Positions 11,788 to 22,599 of a stretch of 64,000 bases of DNA are shown in pieces (the first letter of the stretch is position 1; every line of letters starts with the position of its first letter). The notes beneath the pieces are model-generated. The model ran no database searches. It was not told the DNA's origin and worked only from the letters and a program-made list of their open reading frames with translations. The DNA lies in assembly GCA_010909165.1 (NCBI GenBank), contig MU008160.1:2196149-2260148 (forward strand). Reading direction: 5' to 3'. This DNA is from Anthoceros angustus. Lineage: Eukaryota; Plantae; Anthocerotophyta. A program made the position numbers and the translations under genes.

Positions 11788-12586
11788 TGTGAACGGTCAA
11801 ATCTTGGGAGATCAATCACTACCTACATCTACACACTACCTCAGCCTCCTCAACAAGCAAGGCACCCACTAATCTCCCCCTTACAGCAGCTGCACCACCT
11901 ACACTGCTCCGAAAATTCACCAATTCTCGACCTACAACGACACAACACAATTGCAGGTCATGCCTTAGCAGCAAGGAGTCTGCCACGGGCGCCCAGGGAC
12001 CCCCTGACCGACACCGCGATTTTGTCCCTACACCTAAGACCGACTTCTCCACACAAGGAGCGCCCTCTTACTACAGATTTGGGATTCGTCCCGTAGGCTC
12101 TGCCTTTGGCCTTCCACTTTTCCTACACTCTAATCTTCTTCACAACCTTCTCAATACGCTCTCCTCTTCTCTACTCATCTAATCTTTTTCCTTCCGCGAT
12201 CTCTTACCCTAACACCGCTTTGCTGGCTCATTAATTCCAACTTACATACGACGCCTGGGGTCCGTCCAGTGCGAGTTCTTCCTTGGGCCGGTTGCTATGC
12301 GGTTTGTACCAGACAGAACCTCCATGGAGTCTTTCCCCAATCTACCCTCAAGCCAAAAGTTCCTTGAGCATCGCCACACTCAAAGCAAAACAATTCACAA
12401 CCCTTCACAAGGAAGCGCGAGGCGAGAGCAAGCCCTTCGCCCTCGGCGTCACGTTCTCCTCTACCAGACGTGTTGGCTTGCAGCCGCACGAAATTCGTGC
12501 ACAAAGCGAAGGACTCGGAGGATGGGAGGCGCAAGACACGATAATTTTACTTCACAACCTCCCTCCTTTTATAGGAGGACCTCACA
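11788..12586 (-). mobile_element. Gypsy family G LTR (~800 bp), subfamily G1, 3' LTR
   Basis: Termini TGTGA...TCACA; repeated at 13985-14773 and 41701-42528; TATAAAA on the minus strand near one end. Confidence 0.8.
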
Positions 12587-15500
12587 TGTAGAGGATCAAC
12601 CCGCCGTCATGGATGCAGAAGCAAGGAGCTCACTTGCTCTACAAGTGAGAGGAAGAGGAACAGCTGAGGATGAGTCAGTGGCTACGAGAGCCAGGGCTAT
12701 TTTATTGGAGGAGGAAGCTCCAGGTAGGCATAAAGATAAGAAGAGGGATTCATAAAGAGTCCCTAAATTAGCTTGAAGACATGAGACAAGATGCCCCTTG
12801 GGGGGCGACTTTCTTTAGAGGGGAAACAAGCATAAATGCTTGTCAACCTAGTAGGGGTGTGTTGACTAGCTAGATAGGGCTGGCAGAGCCATTAAGGCTC
12901 ACGTAGGTGAAGTTTACTAGAATAGAATTTTACCAAAGATGCTTCAATGTCAAATTAAAGTCCCGATGAGGATACACTAAAATAAGGAGTGAGGCGGCAT
13001 AAGGAAGGCGTGCTAGGGGAGGTGTGATTTTTGCTCCACTCCTGCAAGATCAACCACCTCTTCTCCCTGCAAGGGCCGAGATACTCGCCTCCCTGCTGTC
13101 AAATCCATGCTAGCAGCCCTTGCATTCGCTGCTTCCTTCTACCATAGTAGGAGCTTCTCCTACCACGGTAGGAACTCCTCCTACCACGGTAGGAGTTCCT
13201 ACCGGGCTGTTTCTTCTTCAATACCCCTCCCCAGGTGGTTCTTTCCTCCTATGAAGCTTCTCCTTCACTCGCCTCCTCCGTGCAAATTCCTTCACCCATG
13301 TTGCTTGGGACATTCTCCAAGTCTAAGGCTTCTGGTTGGACTTGCATAAGGGCCTTCCTATCATCATCATGAGGTCCCAACATCCTTCTCTCGACAAGAA
13401 TTTAGTTCCTTGAGTATCTTGTTGTGAAGATGAGCTGCTAGTCGTTGTTGTGCCATCTCCAATTCTTCATAATCCTCAAGCCACACTCCATGCTCACACT
13501 TACTCTTGTAAGCATTTCGCTCCAAGGTCAACTTTCCCACCACGGCGTGAAGAGCTACATTCTCCATCTTGTCCATCGCTGGTGGATTAACTTCTCTTGT
13601 AGTATAATCAGCCCAAAATCTCTCCCTCACCACCAACATAGGTCGTACAATCGCCTCATGATGGTCCTTCTCACTTCCATCTCCTTCTCCAACTCCGCTA
13701 TCCTCCTAGGGAGTTGTGCATTCTCTCTTGCTCTTGGACTTCTCGTTCCATCTCCATTCTACGGACAAAATGCATCCGTTCTTCCAGCTCTTCCTCCTTT
13801 AGTTCCAACCTCCGATTTCCCAACTCCTTTTCCATGTCACGGATTTCCACTTGTGGCCATGACTTGCTCATGGGCGTCCATTTGCCTTTGTGCTGCCTTC
13901 ATTTGCTACAAGGACTTGTTTTATTTCGTTCTCTCCTCCATCAGCAGCATTTGTTTGTCTTCGCCTCTTCTCCCATGAGCCTTGTGTGAACTCCGAATCC
14001 TAGGAGATCAATCATCGCCACATCTACACATTACCTCAGCCTCCTCAACAAGCAAGGCGCCTGGGCCTCTCCCTTACAGCAGCTGCACCACCTACACCGC
14101 CCGTAAATTCACCAATTCTTGACCTACAATGACACAACACAATTGTGTTATGCCTTAGCAACAAGGAGTTCCACGGGCGCCTGTGGACCCCCGACCCACA
14201 CCGCGATTTTGTCCCTACTCCTAAGACCGACTTCTCCACATTGTGAGCCTCTCACTAGATTTGGGATTCGTCCGTAGGCTCGCCTTTGGCCTTCCACTTT
14301 TCCTACACTCTAATCCTCTTCTCAACCTTCTCAATCAACAATGCTCTCTTCTTCTACTCATCTAACCTTCTTCCTTCCGCGATCTCTTACCCTAACACCG
14401 CTTGCTGGCTCATTAACCTAACCGCCTGCACGATGACGCCTGGGGTCCGTCCGAAAACGAGTTCTTCCTGGGGCGTGTGTAGACGAGAACCTCCATGGAG
14501 TCTTTCCCCAATCTACCCTCAAGCCAAAAGTTCCTTGAGCATCGCCACACACTCAAAGCAAACACCACCACAAAGAACCCTTCACAAGGGAAGCAATGGC
14601 AGAGAGCAAGCCCTTCAAAGACTGACTGGCCACGTTCTCCTCTCTACGGACACGTGTTGGCTTGCAGCCGCACGAAATTGCAAGTGCACAAAGCGAAGGA
14701 CTCGTGAGGATGGGAGCGCAAGACACGATAATTTTACTTCACAACCTCCCTCCTTTTATAGGAGGACCTCACATGTAGAGGATCAACCCGCCATCATGGA
14801 TGCAAGAGCAAGGAGCTCACTTGCTCCACAAGTGAGAGGAAGAGGAGCAGCAAGATGAGCCAAAGGCTAAGAGAGCCAGGCTATTTTATTGGAGGAGGAA
14901 GCCCAGGGTGCGGATAAGGAGGGGATTCATAAAGAGTCCCTAGATTTAGCTTGAAGACATGGGACAAGATGCCACTTGGAGACGACTTTCTTTAGAGGGG
15001 AAACAAGCATAAATGCTTGTGAACCTAGTAGGAGTGTGTTGACTAGCTAGATAGGAATTTTGACAGAGCCATTAAGGCTCACGTGAAGTTTACTAGAATA
15101 GAATTTTACCAAAGATGCTTCAATGTCGAAATTAAAGTCGGCGATGAGGATACACTAAAATAAGGAGTGAGGCGGCATAAGGAAGGCGTGCTAGGGGAGG
15201 TGTGATTTTTGCTCCACCTGCAAGATCAACCACCTCTTCTCCTTTCTGCAAGGGCCGAGATACTCGCCTCCCCGTCAAATCCATGCTAGCAGCCCTTGCA
15301 GACTGCTCTTCTACCATAGTAGGAGCTTCTCCTACCACGGTAGGAACTCCTCCTACCACGGTAGGAGTTCCTACCGGGCTGTTTCTTCTTCAATACCCCT
15401 CCACGAGGTGAAGTTTACTAGAATAGAATTTTACCAAAGATGCTTCAATGTCGAAATTAAAGTCCCGATGAGGATACACTAAAATAAGGAGTGAGGCGCA

Positions 15501-18500
15501 TAAGGAAGGCGTGCTAGGGGAGGTGTGATTTTTGCTCCACCCTGCAAGATCAACCACCTCTTCTCCTTTCTGCAAGGGCCGAGATACTCGCCTCCCCGTC
15601 AAATCCATGCTAGCAGCCCTTGCAGACTGCTCTTCTACCATAGTAGGAGCTTCTCCTACCACGGTAGGAACTCCTCCTACCACGGTAGGAGTTCCTACCG
15701 GGCTGTTTCTTCTTCAATACCCCTCCACGAGGTGGTTCTTTCCTCCTATGAAGCTTCTCCGCTTCACTCGCCTCCTCCTCGAAATTCCTTCACCCATGTT
15801 GCTTGGGACATTCTCCAAGTCTAAGGCTTCTGGTTGGACTTGCATAAGGGCCTTCCTATCATCATCATGAGGTCCCAACATCCTTCTCTCAGCAAGCCGC
15901 AAGAATTGTTAGTTCCTTGAGTATCTTGTTGAAGATGAGCTGCTAGTCGTTGTTGTGCCATCTCCAATTCTTCATAATCCTCAAGCCACACTCCATGCTC
16001 ACACTTACTCTTGTAAGCATTTCGCCCAAGGTCAACTTTCCCACCCCGACGTGAAGAGCTACATTCTCCATCTTGTCCATCGCTGGTGGATTAACTTCTC
16101 TTGTAGAGTATAATCAGCCCAAAATCTCTCCCTCACCACCAACATATAGGTCGTACAATCGCCTCATGATGGTCCTTCTCCGCTGCCATCTCCTTCTCCA
16201 ACTCCGCTATCCTCCTAGGGAGTTGTGCATTCTCTTACTCGGACTTCTCGTTCCATCTCCATTCTAGGACAAAATGCATCCGTTCTTCCAGCTCTTCCTC
16301 CTTTAGTTCCAACCTCCCGGATTTCCAACTCCTTTTCCATGTCACGGATTTTCACCTTGTGTGGCCATGACTTGCTCATGGGCGTCCATTTGCCTTTGTG
16401 CTGCCTTCATTTGCTACAAGGACTTGTTTTATTTCGTTCTCTCCTCCATCAAGCATTTGTTTGTCTTCTGCCTCTTCTCCTTTCCCGCAAGGGCCGAGAT
16501 ACCGCCTCCCCGCCGCCAAATCCATGCTAGCAGCCCTTGCACTACCGCCTCTTCTACCATAGTAGGAGCTTCTCTACCACGGTAGGAACTCCTCCTACCA
16601 CGGTAGGAGTTCCTACCGGGCTGTTTCTTCTTCAATACCCCTCCACGAGGTGGTTCTTTCCTCCTATGAAGCTTCTCCGCCCACTCGCCTCCTCCGTGCA
16701 AATTCCTTCACCATGTTGCTTGGGACATTCTCCAAGTCTAAGGCTTCTGGTTGGACTTGCATAAGGGCCTTCCTATCATCATCATGAGGTCCCAACATCC
16801 TTCTCTCAGCAAGCCGCAAGAATTGTTAGTTCCCTTGAGTATCTTGTGTTGAAGATGAGCTGCTAGTCGTTGTTGTGCCATCTCAATTCTTCATAATCCT
16901 CAAGCCACACCCATGCTCACACTTACTCTTGTAAGCATTTCGCCCAAGGTCAACTTTCCCACCCCGACGTGAAGAGCTACATTCTCCATCTTGTCCATCC
17001 GCCGCTGGTGGATTAACTTCTCTTGTAGAGTATAATCAGCCCAAAATCTCTGCTCCCTCACCACCAACATAGGTCGTACAATCGCCTCATGATGGTCCTT
17101 CTCCGCCATCTCCTTCTCCAACTCCGCTATCCTCCTAGGGAGTTGTGCATTCTCTTGCTTTGGACTTCTCGTTCCATCTCCATTCTACGGACAAAATGCA
17201 TCCGTTCTTCCAGCTCTTCCTCCTTTAGTTCCAACCTCCGATTTCCCAACTCCTTTTCCATGTCACGGATTTTCACTTTGTGTGGCCATGACTTGCTCAT
17301 GGGCGTCCATTTGCCTTTGTGCTGCCTTCATTTGCTACAAGGACTTGTTTTATTTCGTTCTCTCCTCCATCAGCAGCATTTGTTTGTCTTCTGCCTCTTC
17401 TCCCATGTGTTCACCATGTGGGCAAGTTGTTTCACCTTCTCCTCCTGCCAATTTCTTGGTAAGAGCCTTGTTCTCCCGATATAATTGTTCACCTCGTTGC
17501 CTTGATTCAAGACTCTTTTCCAAGTGCTTCACCCGAGCTTCCATCCTCATGGTATCCTCCTGCAGCTGGGTCTCCGCCGCCTACCCGTAATTTCCCTTGC
17601 TTGATAGGTTCTTGTCTTCTCCGCCTCCGTCTTCAAGAATTCGACCCTCCTCTTGGCCGCTCCTATGTCTACCTTGCTGAATATTTTCCTATGCGTAGCA
17701 TCTCCTCCAACATATCCAAGTCACCTCCCTTGCTCCTAGGAGACTCAAGGCCTTTGCCTTGCTCATGGGATCTTACATCCTTTCTCATGAATGAGCTCCC
17801 GCCATCACTTGGTGGGGCGACCTCCCACCGTAACTCCATCCGCCGCCCACCTACCGGGCTGTTTCTTCTTCAATACCCCTCCCCAGGTGGTTCTTTCCTC
17901 CTATGAAGCTTCTCCCGCTCACTCGCCTCCTCCGTGCAAATTCCTTCACCATGTTGCTTGGGACATTCTCCAAGTCTAAGGCTTCTGGTTGGACTTGCAT
18001 AGGGCCTTCCTATCATCATCATGAGGTCCCAACATCCTTCTCTCGAAGCCGCAAGAATTCGTTAGTTCCCTTGAGTATCTTGTTGTGAAGATGAGCTAGT
18101 CGTTGTTGTGCCATCTCCAATTCTTCATAATCCTCAAGCCACACTCCATGCTCACACTTACTCTTGTAAGCATTTCGCCCAAGGTCAACTTTCCCACCCC
18201 GACGTGAAGAGCTACATTCTCCATCTTGTCCATCCGCCGCTGGTGGATTAACTTCTCTTGTAGAGTATAATCAGCCCAAAATCTCGCTCCCTCACCACCA
18301 ACATAGGTCGCATAATCGCCTCATGATGGTCCTTCTCACTGCCATCTCCTTCTCCAACTCCGCTATCCTCCTAGGGAGTTGTGCATTCTCTACTCGGACT
18401 TCGCTCCATCTCCATTCTAGGACAAAATGCATCCGTTCTTCCAGCTCTTCCTCCTTTAGTTCCAACCTCCGATTTCCCAACTCCTTTTCCATGTCACGGA

Positions 18501-20340
18501 TTTTCACTGCTTGTGTGGCCATGACTTGCTCATGGGCGTCCATTTGCCTTTGTGCTGCCTTCATTTGCTACAAGGACTTGTTTTATTTCGCCTCTCCTCC
18601 ATCAGCAGCATTTGTTTGTCTTCGCCTCTTCTCCCATGTGTTCACCATGTGGGCAAGTTGTTTCACCTTCTCCTCCTGCCAATTTCTTGGTAAGAGCCTT
18701 GTTCTCCCGATATAATTGTTCACCTCGTTGCCTTGATTCAAGACTCTTTTCCAAGTGCTTCACGAGCTTCCATCCTCATGGTATCCTCCTGCATGGGTCT
18801 CCGCCTACCGTAATTTCCCTTGCTTGATAGGTTCTTGTCTTCTCCGCCTCCGTCTTCAAGAATTCGACCCTCCTCTTGGCCGCTCCTATGTCTACCTTGC
18901 TGAATATTTTCCCTATGCGTAGCATCTCCTCCAACATATCCAAGTCACCTCCCGAGGTGGTTCTTTCCTCCTATGAAGCTTCTCCGCCCACTCGCCTCCC
19001 TCCGTGCAAATTCCTTCACCATGTTGCTTGGGACATTCTCCAAGTCTAAGGCTTCTGGTTGGACTTGCATAAGGGCCTTCCTATCATCATCATGAGGTCC
19101 CAACATCCTTTCTCTCAAGAAGCCGCAAGAATTGCTTAGTTCCTTGAGTATCTTGTTGTGAAGATGAGCTGCTAGTCGTTGTTGTGCCATCTCCACCCTT
19201 CATAATCCTCAAGCCACACCCATGCTCACACTTACTCTTGTAAGCATTTCGCCCAAGGTCAACTTTCCCACCCCGACGTGAAGAGCTACATTCTCCATCT
19301 TGTCCATCCGCCGCTGTGGATTAACTTCTCTTGTAGAGTATAATCAGCCCAAAATCTCTGCTCCTCACCACCAACATAGGTCGTACAATCGCCTCATGAT
19401 GGTCCTTCTCCGCTGCCATCTCCTTCTCCAACTCCGCTATCCTCCTAGGGAGTTGTGCATTCTCTAAATGACTTCTGCTCCATCTCCATTCTAGGACAAA
19501 ATGCATCCGTTCTTCCAGCTCTTCCTCCTTTAGTTCCAACCTCCAGGATTTCCAACTCCTTTTCCATGTCACGGATTTTCACTGCTTGTGGCCATGACTT
19601 GCTCATGGGCGTCCATTTGCCTTTGTGCTGCCTTCATTTGCTACAAGGACTTGTTTTATTTCGTTCTCTCCTCCATCAGCAGCATTTGTTTGTCTTCTGC
19701 CTCTTCTCCCATGTGTTCACCATGTGGGCAAGTTGTTTCACCTTCTCCTCCTGCCAATTTCTTGGTAAGAGCCTTGTTCTCCGATATAATTGTTCACCTC
19801 TCGTTGCCTTGATTCAAGACTCTTTTCCAAGTGCTTCAGAGCTTCCATCCTCATGGTATCCTCCTGCAGCTGGGTCTCCGCCTACCGTAATTTCCCTTGC
19901 TTGATAGGTTCTTGTCTTCTCCGCCTCCGTCTTCAAGAATTCGACCCTCCTCTTGGCCTCCTATGTCTACCTTGCTGAATATTTTCCCTATGCGTAGCAT
20001 CTCCTCCAACATATCCAAGTCACCTCCCTTGCTCCTAGGAGACTCAAGGCCTTTGCCTTGCTCATGGGATCTTACATCCCTTACTTCCCTAAGCATGAGC
20101 TCCCGCCATCACTTGGTGGGGCGACCTCCCACCGTCCATCCGCCGCCCACCTACCGGGGCGGTTGCCTTTTATCTCCCGCTTGGGAGCTTCCAAACCATG
20201 ACTTCCCTTTTCTCTTACCGTGGTAGGAGTCTCTCCTACCACCGTAGGTCTGCCTCCTACCATGGTGGGACTAGCTCCTACCACCGTAGGTCTTGTCATG
20301 AGAGGGTGATATGGGTCCCATACCACGTGGGAACACCCCT
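12587..20340 (-). mobile_element. G1 3' internal region: 3' UTR segment plus C-terminal half of the extra coiled-coil ORF, in several overlapping tandem duplications; includes a second LTR at 13985-14773
   Basis: Recurring minus-strand peptides MKAAQRQMDAHEQVMATQAVKIRDMEKELG...ELKEEELEERMHFV and EDYEELEMAQQRLAAHLHNKIL; jumps at ~13975, 15410, 16480, 17855 and 18950. Confidence 0.8.
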
Positions 20341-20674
20341 ATGCAGCTTCTGAGTTTGTTAAGATGGATATGACTATGCATAAAAGATATAGGTGATTGA
20401 ACTTACTATAAGTATATAGAAGTGGGTAAATGGGAAACATATACCCCATAGTGAGTAGGAAACGTGAGTGACACTTTTAGGGTTTAAAAGGGGTGAGACC
20501 AGCTAGCTATAGCAAGTTCAGCTGACTCTTTGACTGTTGTCTTTGTGTTGTTTACTCAAGTTGCTCTTCATTTGTGTTTTAAAGCCTCGCTTAGGTGGTC
20601 TTAGTTTTGCACCAACACTTGCTTTCTTGACACTTCTGACCCTCTTGAAGGATGGCTAGCTTCCAATCTCAACA
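20341..20674 (+). mobile_element. Copia A LTR lacking its first ~8 bp, joined directly to mid-gag
   Basis: Starts ATGCAGCTT, ends CTCAACA, followed by gag coding sequence with no PBS. Confidence 0.85.
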
Positions 20675-22559
20675 ACAACAATTTGATCGTGGCTTTGGAG
20701 TCAAGAATAAAGACTTTGACTTTTGAGATTCTCGTGAGCAGACTCTTACATGAAGAGACAAAAAGAAGAGAAAAGGGAAGATATGAGGAATCAGCTTTTG
20801 TGGCCAAAAGCCTAAGAAGAACACTCAAGTTCCATCAAGCTAGGGAAGGTCCTTCTCAATCAGGAGGATATAGAAGGTCCAACATAACTTGCAACCATGG
20901 CAAGGTTGGACACAGAGGAACTGTTTCAAGAAGCAAAGGGACGAGAAAGCAAGACCTCAAAGCAATGCTGAAGACTTTGATGAGGCCTTTGTGAGTACAC
21001 ATCACCACTCAAATGAAGCGACAGGTGGTATATCGATTCGGAGCTTGAGCATATGACCAATAGGCGTGAATGGTTTCACTCTTTCAAACCCACTCCTGCA
21101 ACTAACATTTACTTGGGTGATAATTCAGCTCAAAAATGTGAGGGAGAAGGAGTTGTATTTCTAACCATGACCACTCCTAAAGGGCCTATTCTTGGGATGT
21201 TAAAGAAGGTCCTCTATGTGCCAGGCTGAGCAAAACCTCTTCTCCGTTAGCGGCTACCTCTCAAGGGTTGAGAGTGAGATTTGAGGAAGCTGGAGTGACC
21301 TTCACGAATGCAAAAGAAGAAGTGAGAGCACAAGGAGTGAAGGTTGGAAAGATGTATTGTTTAAGTGGGAGTACTTGGTGCCAAGCTCAAGAATGGAGGC
21401 AAATGTGGTACAAGAGCACAACAACAAGCTACTATTGTGGCACCAAAGATTGGGACATCTTGGAGTTCAAAACATCAAGCTCATGGAAAAGAAAAAGATG
21501 GTAAGAGGACTTGAGCTTGGAGAGGAGGAAGATATAGGTATTTGTAGAGGTTGCATGATGGGAAAGCAACATCGATTTCCATTTCCAAAGGGAGGAAGTA
21601 GAGCTAACCATGTGCTAGATTTGATTCACTCGTATATTGTGGCCCCATGAAGACCACATCTCTAGGAGGGGCCAAGTATTTCCTCACTTTCACAGATGAC
21701 AAGTCAAGGTATACCAAGGTTTACTTCCTCAAATCCAAGGATGCTGTTTATCCAAGTTCAAGGAGTATAAAGCACTTGTGGAGAATCAAATTGGTAGAAA
21801 GATAAAAGTTTTAAGGAGTGACAATGGAGGTGAGTATATGTCCAAGGATTTTGAAACTTTTGCAAGGAGCAGGAATCATGCAACAATTTCCCCTTACACT
21901 CCTCAGCAAAATGGAGTTGCGGAAAGGAAAAATAGAACTTTGGTAGAATGTGCTAGGAGCATGCTTCATCATCAACAATTGGGCTATGAGTTTTGGGGAA
22001 GCCATTGCAAGCTGTCTACCTAACTAATAGAAGTGCAAGTGCATCACTAGAGGATATGACACGGAGGAATGCTGGTTAGGGAGGAAGCCTTCTATTGCTC
22101 ACTTGCATGTGTTTGGGTGTAGAGCCTTTGCACATAAACCCAAAGAAGTCGAGCAAGCTCAAGGGAAGGCATTGGAGTGCATTTTGTGGGCTATGATATT
22201 GATAGAAAGGCCTATAGATTGTATGACAAGGCATCTAGGCGCATCATCATAAGTAGAGATGTGGTTTTGATGAGGCGGAGACTATAGATAGCAGAAATTT
22301 CCTATTGTTGATGCTCATGAGGTTGTGATACCTCAAGAACCAATTGGAAAAGATGTCATTCGATTGATGGGAATGAAATGATCCCTAGCGAGGAAACAAT
22401 GAGGAAGAACCCTTGAGAGAAGAAATTCTTCCTCCGAGGAGATATCCAACAAGGAGCGTCCACCAAGAGATTGGAGAGAAGGACCAGAGTTTGCATCCAT
22501 TGCTATGGAATATAGGAGGAACCAAGAACGATAGCTGAAGCACTACAAGGAAAGATGAT
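20675..22559 (+). mobile_element. Copia A: gag C-terminus, zinc knuckle, protease, GAG-pre-integrase, integrase, up to EPRTIAEALQGKD
   Basis: LIVALESRIKTLTFEILVSRLLHEE; degenerate CCHC; WYIDSG-like protease motif; LWHQRLGH, CRGCMMGKQHR; LRSDNGGEY; PYTPQQNGVAERKNRTL. Copy at 46273-48179. Confidence 0.93.
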
Positions 22560-22599
22560 AAGAAAAGGAAAGAAGCTAGGTAGTATGTATGGACTTCGT

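Noticed and set aside
13140-13205. 21-bp hairpin repeats as a CRISPR array
   Set aside because: No unique spacers, only 2-4 units per cluster, eukaryotic retroelement context, no cas genes.
13445-19978. Numerous Ser/Phe/Leu/Cys-rich plus-strand ORFs (also 27.5-31 kb, 43-45.5 kb, 52-53.7 kb)
   Set aside because: Antisense shadows of the purine-rich coiled-coil ORF on the minus strand.
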